A stretch of 64,000 nt of DNA, from the NCBI GenBank assembly GCA_963736855.1, contig CAVTQK010000020.1, positions 105,670 to 169,669 on the forward strand. The letters run 5' to 3'. Shown in pieces: positions 31,000-41,539 of this stretch. Under the pieces are notes generated by a model, which ran no database searches, was not told where the DNA came from, and saw only the letters and a list, made by a program, of their open reading frames with translations. A program made the position numbers and the translations under genes. Position 1 is the stretch's first letter, and every line of letters begins with the position of its first letter. The DNA is from an uncultured delta proteobacterium (GTDB taxonomy: Bacteria; Desulfobacterota; Desulfobacteria; Desulfobacterales; UBA2156).

Positions 31000-31863
31000 T
31001 CAATATTCCTTCGGCATGGCGCTTAATTGGGAAAGGGTGAAAACCGGCCCGTCCTTGCAAACGAATTCCTTGCCGATATTGCACCGCCCGCACATGCCGA
31101 TGCCGCACTTCATCCGGTTTTCCAAAGACATGATGATATGGTCATGGGAATATCCCAGCTTATCCAGTACAGGCTGGGTGAATTTGATCATGATGGGCGG
31201 CCCGCAGATGATGCCATAAGTGTTTTCATCCCCCTGGGGCGCCTTCTTCTCGGTGATCGTGGGAACGAATCCCACGTTGTATTTCCAGTCGGGATCTTTG
31301 GTGGCGTCCACGGTAATGTGCATGTGGATGTCGTCCCGTCGTTCCCAGGCTGCCAGTTCTTCGCGGTATAAGAGCATACCCGGGGATCGGGCGCCGTAAA
31401 TGACGTGGATCTCCTTGAATTTAGGCCGGTTGTCGGGATGAAGCATATAAACGATGGAGGATCGAAGGGTGGTAAATGCAAAACCGCCCCCGATGATGAC
31501 GACATTCTTACCTTCCATCAGCTCCCAGGGATACCAGTTTCCCAGCGGCCCCCGGATCCCCATGATATCCCCCACTTTCATGGCATGTAGGTGGTTGGTC
31601 ACCAGACCCACCTTGTTTACGGTAAAAAGAATAAACCCTTTTTCAGTGGGAGAAGAGGCGATGCCGATGGGGATCTCTCCTTTGCCTGCAACCGAAAGCT
31701 CGGCGAACTGGCCGGGAGCGTATCTAAACTTTTCTTCGTCTTCCGGGTTTAGAAAAACGAATTTAAAGGTTTTCAGATTTTTGTCTTCCGTTTCGGTGAT
31801 GATCTCTGCAACGTGAACCGGATAAGGCAAATATGGATTGAACACGGTTTCCTCCCTTGCCAC
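31000..31863 (-). CDS. flxA: FAD/NAD-binding flavin oxidoreductase FlxA
   Basis: PGQFAEL, GPLGN, GGGFA, CGPPIM, MKCGIGMCGRC...VCKDGPVF. Confidence 0.85.
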   Translation of the reverse strand: MAREETVFNPYLPYPVHVAEIITETEDKNLKTFKFVFLNPEDEEKFRYAPGQFAELSVAGKGEIPIGIASSPTEKGFILFTVNKVGLVTNHLHAMKVGDIMGIRGPLGNWYPWELMEGKNVVIIGGGFAFTTLRSSIVYMLHPDNRPKFKEIHVIYGARSPGMLLYREELAAWERRDDIHMHITVDATKDPDWKYNVGFVPTITEKKAPQGDENTYGIICGPPIMIKFTQPVLDKLGYSHDHIIMSLENRMKCGIGMCGRCNIGKEFVCKDGPVFTLSQLSAMPKEY

Positions 31864-31864
31864 T

Positions 31865-32932
31865 TCACACAGGGCAAACGGTTGACGGATCCGGGTGGGA
31901 ATTCATAAGTTTGCAAACCTTACGGATATCGATGTTCACCGGACATGATTGGATGCACCGCCCGCATCCCACACATTGAATGCCGTCATCATATTTGTCC
32001 ACGTAATATTTGAGTTTGTGCATGAATCGCTGCCGAACCCGATGCAGCTTGGTTCCTCTTGGGTTGTGTCCGGACCCGTGGAGGGTGAACAGGGGATACA
32101 TGCAGCTATCCCAGTTGCGCATGCGCACACCCGAATACCCGAAACATTCATCCTGGATGTCGAAACACCAGCAGGTGGGACACACATAGGTGCAGGTGCC
32201 GCAATTGATGCAGGAAAAAGAAACATCCTCCCAGAATGGAGCGTCATAGAGGGCCACGGTGGACTGGTTTTTCAAATGGTCCGTCTCCACCGTCGATGTG
32301 ATCCGGGATTCGGCGGCGGTTTTTAAGGGAGTTACGATGTCGAGGGCCGTCTTCTCATCCACGGCATTCTCCCAACCGGCTGTCTGAAGGGCCCCATCCC
32401 CTTTTTCCGTGATCGGCCGGACCAGAAAATAGTCTCCCGCATCGACGAGAAGGGCGTCCAGGCCGGCCTCATTGAAGGGTCCGCCCCGCGCGGTAGTGCA
32501 AAAACAGGTGGCACACGGCGCACCACACGCCAATCCGAAAAGGGTGAGGGATTCATAAGCGCCTACCCAGAAAGGATCCCGGTATTTGGACGCATCGAAG
32601 TTCCGTCTCACCAGAAGCATGGCCGCCGCATCACACGGCCGGATCCCCACGACCAGCCCTGGCAGTAAATCCTTTTGGATCTCTTTGAGAATGTGGTGGT
32701 CTTCCTTGCCCTCATCCAGGGAGTATTCAAACAGGATTTCAGATTGGGGCTGCACTAGAAATTTCGGAGAAAGGTGAGTGTTTAATAAATCGAAATCCGG
32801 CGTCCGCCCTTTGTTCAGCGCTTCGAAAGCATGGGCTTTTTCCTTTTTGACCGGGCCGAACAAGCGGTAGGCTTTGGCCAACGCGCCCAAACCCCGGTTA
32901 AAATCCTTTTTTTCAATTTTGATCCATTTCAT
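31865..32932 (-). CDS. flxB: AsrA-like 4Fe-4S protein FlxB
   Basis: GIRPCD, CINCGTCTYVCPTCWCF, CVGCGRCIQSCP. Confidence 0.82.
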   Translation of the reverse strand: MKWIKIEKKDFNRGLGALAKAYRLFGPVKKEKAHAFEALNKGRTPDFDLLNTHLSPKFLVQPQSEILFEYSLDEGKEDHHILKEIQKDLLPGLVVGIRPCDAAAMLLVRRNFDASKYRDPFWVGAYESLTLFGLACGAPCATCFCTTARGGPFNEAGLDALLVDAGDYFLVRPITEKGDGALQTAGWENAVDEKTALDIVTPLKTAAESRITSTVETDHLKNQSTVALYDAPFWEDVSFSCINCGTCTYVCPTCWCFDIQDECFGYSGVRMRNWDSCMYPLFTLHGSGHNPRGTKLHRVRQRFMHKLKYYVDKYDDGIQCVGCGRCIQSCPVNIDIRKVCKLMNSHPDPSTVCPV

Positions 32933-32947
32933 AGGCTTATCTCGACA

Positions 32948-33901
32948 TTATCTGATAAAATCATTGGGATCCTGGGGTTTATAGGTATCCAATGGCGGCC
33001 GCTCGTCCAGGGTGAGCCCGGCTTCCCAGTTGAACAATTCCACACAATCCTTGTTCAGTTTCTTGGTAAAATGGCGCACACGAATCCCTACGGGGCACGC
33101 CCGTTCACAGGCACCGCAGTCGGTGCATCTGCCGGCACAGTGGTAGGCCCGAAGGAAATGAAACGTCATCGTGTCGGTGGGATCCACACTCTTGCCCACC
33201 CACTGGGGCCTCGACTCATCCACAAAGCAAGTCGGGCAATAACACAACGGGCAGGCGTTGCGGCAGGCATAGCACCGGATGCAGTCGGCTACCAGATTCT
33301 CGAAGTATACTCTTTTTTCCGCCGGGGGCAATTTTTCGATTTCGCGAACATCTTTGAATGCGTCGATACCGGTTTGTTCCGGAACCGCTTCGGCCGCCAT
33401 CTCGTCATGGATCACCGGGTTTCGATGCAAACAGGTGGAGCAGTTATCCTGAAGCACTTCACCCTTTTCAAATATTTTGGTGAACTTGTCTCCTTTGACC
33501 GTAATCCGCCCTTTTTCTTCCGAAACTTCCCGGATCTCACCATCCTTTTGGGTCAGCAAGGCGATCCGGCGTTTATCCGCCATTCCGGTGCAGGGGACTC
33601 CGATGATATAGACCTGCTCCCGCCGGATCTTGTTTTCGACGATGTGGGTGACGATATTCCGGGAATCGCACCCCTTGGCCACCACGCCGATCTTTTCTTT
33701 CCGGTCATAAAGGTAATTGGCCAGGTTGATGCCGCAGTGACTGTCCCAGACAAGCAGGCTTGCTTGTTCCGGCTTTTTGATGAAGCAGGGTTCGTTCATC
33801 ATGGGCACGGTCCCCTTTCGAAATCCGATGACCATGTCCACTTTCCCTTCCTTCAGCAGCCGGGCGGCGATTTCCCGGATCTTTTGAGTATATTCGATCA
33901 T
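32948..33901 (-). CDS. flxC: FrhB/FdhB-like 4Fe-4S protein FlxC
   Basis: KGCDSR, CIRCYACRNACPLCYC, CTDCGACERACP. Confidence 0.82.
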   Translation of the reverse strand: MIEYTQKIREIAARLLKEGKVDMVIGFRKGTVPMMNEPCFIKKPEQASLLVWDSHCGINLANYLYDRKEKIGVVAKGCDSRNIVTHIVENKIRREQVYIIGVPCTGMADKRRIALLTQKDGEIREVSEEKGRITVKGDKFTKIFEKGEVLQDNCSTCLHRNPVIHDEMAAEAVPEQTGIDAFKDVREIEKLPPAEKRVYFENLVADCIRCYACRNACPLCYCPTCFVDESRPQWVGKSVDPTDTMTFHFLRAYHCAGRCTDCGACERACPVGIRVRHFTKKLNKDCVELFNWEAGLTLDERPPLDTYKPQDPNDFIR

Positions 33902-34333
33902 TTATGCCACCTTCGGCAGGTTTTTAACAAAATGCTGATTGGGGCCCAGGGCCCGGATCGCATCGGTGACCGACTTCACCACGTCGACGAACTTGGTGGC
34001 CTCGGCCGAGGAGATCCAGGAAAACTGCAGCCGTCCGGGTTCGATGCCGATATGTTCAAACAACCGGTGAAACAGGGCGAATTTGCGTCGGGCGTAGTAA
34101 TTACCATCCAGGTAATGACATTCCCCCGGATGTCACCCCGAAACCCATATCCCGTCGGCGCCCTGCCGGAGGGCCGCGAGGAAGAACTTGGGGCTCATCC
34201 GTCCGGTGCAGGGGATTCGGATGACGCGGATGTTGGAGGGGTACATCATCCGTCCCACTCCGGCCAGGTCTGCGGCTCCGTAGCTGCACCAGTTGCATAA
34301 AAAAGCAACGATTATCGGTTCCCATTCACTCAT
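33902..34333 (-). CDS. flxD: MvhD-like FlxD, selenoprotein (UGA at 34133-34135)
   Basis: [12 protein letters not shown]...IPCTGR...[22 protein letters not shown]; frame continues to TAA at 33902 (144 codons); UGA at the conserved Cys of GCHPGxCHY. Confidence 0.9.
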
Positions 34334-34377
34334 GAATCACTCTCCTGTTGATCCTTTCATCTGTCCCGGCCCAGAGG

Positions 34378-37300
34378 CTAGCTGGCTTGTTTAAGAGCGA
34401 ATATTTGGGCAAAAATCTGGTTATTATCGAAACCTTTCAAGTGAATGGCGCCGCTGCGGCAGGAAGCCACGCACAGACCGCATCCCTTGCACAACACGGA
34501 GTTGATCTTCGCTTTTCCGGCCTGGGGCCCTTCCATAATAAACGCCGGCGCCGAATACGGACAGATGGAGACGCAAACCCCGCAGGAACTGCAGTAGGCC
34601 GGGTTGATTTCGGCGATGTTTCCCGCCATCCGGATGGTTTTTTTCGCCAGCAACGTCACCGCCCGGGTTGAGGCGGCCTGGGCCTGGGTGATTGATTCAT
34701 CCAGCGGTTTGGGTGCGTGGGCCAGTCCACAGATAAAGACGCCGTCGGTGGCGCAATCCACGGGACGGAGTTTAACGTGGGCCTCCATGAAGAAACCGTC
34801 ATTATTGAGGGTTACCTTGAACATCTGGGCCAGGGGATTGTCTTTGGGCGGCACCATGGCCGTAGCCAAAACCATCAGATCGGGCCGGACGACCATCTTC
34901 CTCCTCAGGGCCGTATCCCTGAAAACAACTTCCAGATCCTTTCCGTTCCGTTCCACCTGGAGCCCGACACTCTCGTCGTATTTGATGAAAAGAACGCCCT
35001 TTTCCCGGGCCTCACGGTAAAGGTCTTCCCGCAGCCCATAGCTCCTCATATCCCGGTAAAGCACGATGACATCCATCTCCGGACGCAAGGCCTTGAGGAC
35101 CAAGGCATCCTTGATGGAATGGGTGCAGCAGACTTTGGAGCAATAAGGCCTCTCCGGGATGCGGGAGCCCACGCACTGGATAAAAAGAGCCGTCTTGACA
35201 GCGGCCAATGATCCATCCTTTTGGATAAACTTTTGATCCAGCTCCAGGGCCGTCAACACCCGAGGATCTTTTCCATAGAAATAGAGATCGGGTTTGAATT
35301 CGGTGGCTCCGGAGGCAATTAACGCCACGCCGTGCTCCAGGATCTCTTCGGCGCCTCCCCTCTCGACGACTGTCTTGAAATTCCCCACGAATCCATCCAC
35401 CTTCTTGATCTTCGCATTCAGACGGACTTCGATCTTTTCGTCGACTGTAACCTCCTGGACAAGCTGTTTTAAAAAAGCCTGGACATTTCCCCCGTCCCAT
35501 GTCTCATGAAGCATCAGGGCCCGACCGCCCAGGCGATCCGATTGCTCGATGAGAAAGCTATGATATCCCTGGGCTGAAAGGGCCCGGGCCGCCGTCATAC
35601 CGGCAACCCCACCCCCGATGATGAGAGCCTTCGGGTTAACGGAGAGCTCGGGTTCCGTAAGCGGCTGGTGCAGCGCCACCTTGGCCACCGCCATACGAGT
35701 CAAATCCTTTGCCTTTTCCGTTGCCGCCTCAGGGGTCTGGCCGTGTACCCAGGAACACTGGTTCCGGATATTGGCCATATCAAACAGGTATTTGTTGATC
35801 CCGGCATTCGTCAGGGTCTCCTGGAAAAGTGGCTCATGGGTCTTTGGCGTACAGGCCGATACCACCACCCGGTTGAGGCCTTTTTCCTTGATGACCTTGC
35901 TCATCATCTCCTGGGTATCTTGGCTGCATGAAAACATGTTCTCTTCGGCATGAACCACGTAGGGAAGCGTTTTGGCGTACTCCACCACCTTCGGGACGTC
36001 CACAACAGATGCGATGTTAGTGCCACACCGGCAGATGAAAACGCCTACCCGGGGAGGCTCTCCCCGGATGTCGGTCTCTTTAGGAATCTCCTTGGTCTTG
36101 GTGAGAGTCCACCGGGCATCGGTCAGGCGGCTCCCGGCGGCTCCCGCAGCCGCCGACGACTCCACCACTGAAGAAGGAATATCCATGGGCGCTTCGAACC
36201 CGCCGCAGACATAGATCCCGGGCACCGATGCCCTGATCGGTTCAAATCCCGGGGTCAGTGCAAACCCGTAACGGTCCGTCCGGATGCCCAGGCGCTCGGC
36301 CAACTGGGCGGCCTCGGGACTCACCCCGAGACCCACCGAAAGCACCACGATGTCGAATTCCTCTTCCACCCGTTTTCCGGACGGGTCCACATACCGGATC
36401 AACAGGGCTCCTGTGTCGTCCACCGGCACCACGTTCGTGATCCGGGACTTGACGAAACGGATCCCGGACTCATCCCGGCCCCGGTTGTAAAACCGCTCGA
36501 AGTCTTTGCCGTGGGTGCGGATGTCCATGTAAAAAATCGCCGTATCCAGGGGCTCCTTGCTGTGATCCTTGGCCAGCATGGCTTCCTTGATCGCATAGGT
36601 ACAGCATACGGAGGAACAATATCCTCGGGCGCCGATATGCACGTCCCGAGATCCGATACATTGCAGCCATGCGATCTTTTTGGGCTCCTTATGATCCGAG
36701 GGGCGGACCAGATGGCCTCCAAAGGGCCCGGAGGAAGACAGGATTCGCTCAAACTCGAGGCTGGTCACCACATTGGGGGACCGCCCATACCCATACACAT
36801 CATGTGTTGAAGGATCATAGACCTGGCATCCGGAAGCCAGGATAATGGATCCGACGTCCAGGTTCAGCTTCTTCTCCGGTTCATCGAACCATATGGCGCC
36901 TGTTGGGCAAAACTTTTCACAGGCCCTGCATTTCCCTTTTTGAAAAAAAATGCAATTTTTCGCGTCGATGGCGTATTTGAGGGGAACCGCCTGGGCATAT
37001 TTCACGTAGACGGCCTTACGCTTTTTCAGCCCCGCATCGTACTCATCGATGACCTTCTTGGGGCATTTTTCCGCGCACAGTGCCGCAGGCGATGCATTTT
37101 TCCATGTCCACATACCGGGGTTACTGAGTGATCTGGACCTCAAAATTCCCTTCTTCTCCCGTGACCCCGGTGACTTCCGACAGGGTCAACAACTCGATAT
37201 TGATGTGCCGGCCGACCTCGACCAGTTTGGGCGAGATAATTCACATCGCGCAATCATTGGTGGGGAAGGTCTTGTCGAGCTGAGACATGATCCCTCCGAT

Positions 37301-37421
37301 GGAGGATGCTCCGCTCGACCAGGTAGACGTAATATCCGGAATCGGCCGCATCGAGAGCCGCCTGCATTCCGGCAATGCCGCCACCGATCACCATGATGGA
37401 ACCGGTTGTTGCTTTTGACAT
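34378..37421 (-). CDS. hdrA: Large HdrA with two FAD-binding modules, selenoprotein (UGA at 37241-37243); indels and a TAA near the 5' end
   Basis: IGGGIAGMQAA, DKTFPTNDCAM-TGA-IISPKLVEVGRH, QCIGSR..YCSSVCC, second IGGGVAGMTAA, QCVGSR..YCSKVCC, C-terminal ferredoxin. Confidence 0.9.
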
Positions 37422-37429
37422 CTTTTCAC

Positions 37430-38311
37430 CTACCGTTGTACTAGAAAAGCGTTCACGCCGCTGATGTCCTTCACGTTCTTGTGAATAGCCCAACTCCTCC
37501 CCCGAAATGCCCATGGCCAGGCCGAGAAGCTGGGGATACAGAATCGAAGGCAGATCGGCATCGGTGCGCTCTTCGGCCTCCATCCGTTTTTGTATCCCAT
37601 CGAACTGGAGCTGACACCAGGGACAAGCGACACAGAGGAAACGAGCGCCTGAGGCCTTGGCCATCGGCCAGTTTCCTTGCCGTCAGCTTCATGGACAGGT
37701 CGTCATTTACTCCCAGAAGCGGTGCGCCGCAGCATTCCAGTTTCTGAGACCAGTCGACACTTTGGGCCCCGGTGACGTTTGATCAGCTCATCTAAGATGC
37801 TGGGCGAAACCGGATCGTCGAATTGCATGACATCGCTGGGCCGCAGGGCATGACACCCGTAATGGGCGGCGATCTTCAAATCCTTGAATCCGCCCTGGAT
37901 CTTCTCTTTGAGGGCCGCTTCTCCGATGTCCTTGTGAAACAGGGAAAGCAGATGCTTCACCTGGGCCTTCCCCTGATAGGTCAACTTCTCTTTGGCCAGA
38001 AACACATTGACTTCTTCCTTGAGGCGGTCGTCCTCTTCAAGGAGGTGGGCCGCCTTTTTCAAGGTTCCGAAACAGCACTGACAAAGAGTCAATACATCCA
38101 TTTCCTGTTGTTCCGCCAGCGCCAGATTCCTTGCAGAAAAAAGCAGAGAGGTCTTCAGATCCGCGTTTCGCAGCGGATAGCCGCAGCAGGTAAATTCCCG
38201 GATGTCCACCAGGTCCACCTGAAGCTTCGCAAGGACGACCCGGGCGGCGAGCTCATATTGCTGGACCCGGGCCGGGATGTTACATCCGAGAAAAAGTGCA
38301 AATTTCATCAT
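37430..38311 (-). CDS. hdrB: HdrB (two CCG domains), three apparent frameshifts
   Basis: FLGCNIP, TCCGYP, HYGCHALRP, ECCGAP, ACPWCQLQFD, YPQLLGLAMG pieced from adjacent frames. Confidence 0.88.
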
Positions 38312-38334
38312 GGCACCCAAATTCTAACGATAGT

Positions 38335-40086
38335 TCATGAGCCGACGGCTGCTTCTTTAACCGCCATGTTTTTGAGTTCATAAAGGACGTCCGTCACTTT
38401 GACCCCCTGGGGGCAGTGCTCCTGGCACTGGTAGCAGGTCAGACAGTTCCAGAGCATGGGCGCCCCCAGCGCCAAATCTCTGAGGCCCAGCCCCAGGGAT
38501 CGCATGATCTGATGGGGCAAGAGCCCCAGGACTTCCTGAGGATTCTCGTAGGCTTCCACCACGGGGCATACCGTGGTGCAGTTTTCACAGGAAAAGCAGT
38601 AGGAAAAGGTAGAGCCCATGGGCGTGCCGACCGCCCGGGTTTTGAAGGCCGTATCGATCGGTGTGACAGGAATTACCGCATCGGTATTTCGGACCATGGG
38701 AAATGCATTCGCCATGGCTTCCCTGGCCACTTTCAACGGACGATCATATTCATCTCGGGGAAGCCGATCACGGTTCAGGCTGCGGAAAAGAGAAAACGGG
38801 GAAAGGGTCAGAAAAACCGGGCCGCCCTTTGCCAAAACAGCGTCCCGGACGGAAAGCCACAGGTCCCTGAGGTTGATTCCTGCCGGGCACACCACCGTGC
38901 AGCGATCGCAATTGGTGCAAAGGTAAATTCCTTCCTGGATGGCGGTCATCGCTTCTTTGGAAAGTTCCTTACCATCGTCAAAGTTCTTGAGAAATGCCAT
39001 CTTCTCGGCAGGGAGCACCATCTTGTTCCCCTTGGCTTCGTAGGACACGAACACGGAACACCTCAGGCTGCATGTGCCGCAGTGCATGCAGGCATCCAGC
39101 TCCATGGCCTGACGGGTAGCGATGTTTTCCGGCAAGGATTTTTTGGGATCCATCACCGCATTTGCCAACAGACTGATGGAGCTTGAGAAAATGTGAAACA
39201 TCTTGCTGAACGGCAGGTAAGCCAGCCCGAAAAAGCAGACCAGAAAATGAATATACCATAGAATTGTCGTTCCGTTGACCCGGTCTAATGCCAGTGCGAT
39301 GGGGCTGACCGCCTTGGCCGTGGCGTATCCGACAAAGGCCGATGTATTAGGGGAATGGCACTCGGCGCAGTTGCTCTGATGCGCCTCATATCCCTGGTCC
39401 AGAATCTCCGCTTCGAAGGGGGCTTTTACATTGGGCGATACCGTCCCATACTCGGAGACCCAATGGCTTTCCAGGGCTTTGATTTCCTCTTCATCGTCCA
39501 TCCCGGCGTAATCCTGCACCATGCGCGAAAATTCCGAGTAGGAGGTCATCTTGGTCCCTTCCAAAAGAAAGCCGGAAACCATGATCACCGCCACGATGGC
39601 GATGGCATAGCGGTCCATGCCGTTGGTCAGCATCCGGGGAACCTTCAGGATGAATCGGCGGTAAATCGCGATACCTACTCCGACGATCACCATCAGGCCA
39701 AAGATGTCTCTCAAGATGAAAAACGGGTTGACGGTGGAATAATAATCGGAAAAAAGAGCGGCCGTGATATGTTTTTCCAGGGCATGCATGAGCAAAAGCA
39801 GCATGAATCCGCCGTAGATCAGAAGATGCATGATCCACCGGAGGCGGTCTTCTTTGGCGATACGCATCTGCAGCAGCACATCCAGGACGAATGCCCGGAG
39901 GAGTGCGCCCAGCTTGGCGCTGAAGATGACGCCGAAAATACCCCGAATGGCGGCCCCGACACGCTCACCGGTCGTGAATCCCTGTCCGAAAATGCCGACC
40001 TTGCGGGTAAACCAGACGGCAATCTTGTACACCATGCCGCCGGCAAAGACGGCCAGGGCCAAATATAAGGATACGGTAAAAACCAT
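38335..40086 (-). CDS. NarI-type membrane domain with CxxCH loop fused to two HdrC-like 2x[4Fe-4S] domains
   Basis: 5 TM with RWIMH..LMH and YIHF..SKMFH; NCAECH; CMHCGTCSLRC, CTNCDRCTVVCP, CFSCENCTTVCP, WNCLTCYQCQEHCPQGV. Confidence 0.82.
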   Translation of the reverse strand: MVFTVSLYLALAVFAGGMVYKIAVWFTRKVGIFGQGFTTGERVGAAIRGIFGVIFSAKLGALLRAFVLDVLLQMRIAKEDRLRWIMHLLIYGGFMLLLLMHALEKHITAALFSDYYSTVNPFFILRDIFGLMVIVGVGIAIYRRFILKVPRMLTNGMDRYAIAIVAVIMVSGFLLEGTKMTSYSEFSRMVQDYAGMDDEEEIKALESHWVSEYGTVSPNVKAPFEAEILDQGYEAHQSNCAECHSPNTSAFVGYATAKAVSPIALALDRVNGTTILWYIHFLVCFFGLAYLPFSKMFHIFSSSISLLANAVMDPKKSLPENIATRQAMELDACMHCGTCSLRCSVFVSYEAKGNKMVLPAEKMAFLKNFDDGKELSKEAMTAIQEGIYLCTNCDRCTVVCPAGINLRDLWLSVRDAVLAKGGPVFLTLSPFSLFRSLNRDRLPRDEYDRPLKVAREAMANAFPMVRNTDAVIPVTPIDTAFKTRAVGTPMGSTFSYCFSCENCTTVCPVVEAYENPQEVLGLLPHQIMRSLGLGLRDLALGAPMLWNCLTCYQCQEHCPQGVKVTDVLYELKNMAVKEAAVGS

Positions 40087-40190
40087 CTATCCGAACCTCC
40101 TGTGGCGCCGAAACAAGGCGCTCAGCCCATGTCTCAGGGCAGCCCTTCACCCAGCCTCGCGTCCCGGGTGTTTTTTTAAAAGAAACGATT

Positions 40191-40219
40191 TTTATACATT
40201 TTCATGTTTGAAATGTCAA
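40191..40219 (-). promoter_or_regulatory. Sigma70-type promoter of the hdr-flx operon
   Basis: TTGACA-17 nt-TATAAA on minus strand, ~105 nt upstream of the first start. Confidence 0.7.
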
Positions 40220-40408
40220 CAGATTTTGATTTTTTTAGGAGGCCCCGGCGGGGCGCTTGGACCCTAACGAAGCAAATACAGCATCGGTCCATATTTTTAC
40301 TGTCGGTCCGAAAAAGTCCATCCCGTCCTTCATCTACTGGGAAGACAGGTCCTGTAAAAAGGACGGCGATTCTTTATTCCATGAAGCATTCGCCTGTTGG
40401 CGCTTCTA

Positions 40409-41416
40409 TTACAGCCCGACATTCAGCGCTACGGACAAGGCAGTCTGTTTGCCGTTTTTGGTATCCACGGCATAAATGGGGCAGGCCAGCCCGGTGGTAT
40501 GGCCGCAAAACGCCCGGTTCAATAGCGTTTTCCCCAGGGCGATGGGAGTTCGAAACGCTTTGTTTCCAGGGGCCTTTTCGCAATGAAAAAGATAGTAGGG
40601 CCGGATCCGGATGGACAAAAGCTTTTGGTGTAGCCGCAGGAGCGTGTTTTCGTCGTCGTTGATCCCTCGGAGCAAAACCGCCTGATTGCCGACATTCACT
40701 CCCGATGAAAGGAGTTTGAAAACCGCTCTTGCCGTGTGCATCGTGATCTCTTTGGGATGGTTGCAATGGGTATTCACCCAGATGGGAACTCGGTGAAATC
40801 CTCCGAGTATCCGGCAAAGGGATGTGGTGATGCGCTGGGGCAACACGATGGGGGTCCGTGTCCCGAAGCGGATCATTTCGATGTGGGGGATTTCCCGAAG
40901 CCGCCTCACCAAATGCTCGATTCTATCGTCGAACAAGATGAACGGGTCGCCTCCGGTGATCAAGACATCCCGGATATGACGGGCAGTTCTGATCCATCGA
41001 ATCCCTTCCTCCACCTTGAGGGAGAGGGGTTTCGTTTTTGTCATCACCAGCTCTTTCCGAAAACAAAAGCGGCAGTAACTCGGGCACCGGTCGGATACGA
41101 TGAAAGCCACACGGTCAGGGTATTTTTGAACGATACATTCAGGAGCCGATTTTCCGGGTAAAGCCGGTGGCAGTGGTCTTTTCGAAAGATCCTGAGACTG
41201 TAGCGCCCGGACTTCCGCTATGGATGGAATTACCTGCTTACGAATGGGGCAGTTCGGATCGGTTTTATCCATCAGTGATGCAAAATAGTGGGTGGTCCCC
41301 CATCGCGAATCGATGGCACGAAGGGCCGCTTCTTCTTGAGCGGATATGGTGACCAAGGCTTTCAGGCCCTTGATTGTGTTGACACGGTTTTTAATTTGTT
41401 CGACCCAGGCTTCCAT
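40409..41416 (-). CDS. KamA-family radical SAM aminomutase (EpmB/lysine 2,3-aminomutase-like)
   Basis: CPIRKQVIP, KYPDR, CPSYCRFCFRK, TGGDP, HCNHPKEI, NQAVLLRGIND. Confidence 0.88.
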   Translation of the reverse strand: MEAWVEQIKNRVNTIKGLKALVTISAQEEAALRAIDSRWGTTHYFASLMDKTDPNCPIRKQVIPSIAEVRALQSQDLSKRPLPPALPGKSAPECIVQKYPDRVAFIVSDRCPSYCRFCFRKELVMTKTKPLSLKVEEGIRWIRTARHIRDVLITGGDPFILFDDRIEHLVRRLREIPHIEMIRFGTRTPIVLPQRITTSLCRILGGFHRVPIWVNTHCNHPKEITMHTARAVFKLLSSGVNVGNQAVLLRGINDDENTLLRLHQKLLSIRIRPYYLFHCEKAPGNKAFRTPIALGKTLLNRAFCGHTTGLACPIYAVDTKNGKQTALSVALNVGL

Positions 41417-41539
41417 TTCGAACCTTCCTTCCCGTTCGGTTGAAACGGTGCCTCTTTTAGCACAAGAGTTTCAGTCTGCCAATTCCTTGTTTCTGTTGCG
41501 CTCTTGTCAAAAAAGATCCGATGGGTTAAATGCAGCAGA

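Noticed and set aside
32831..34300. Long antisense ORFs (also 47499-48506, 50987-52372, 58309-59310, 62752-63903)
   Set aside because: Shadows of well-supported genes on the opposite strand with no recognisable motifs.
37075..37790. hdrA/hdrB as pseudogenes (several indels, one TAA)
   Set aside because: Defects cluster in ~700 nt while all motifs and the rest of the operon are preserved; looks like a low-quality stretch.
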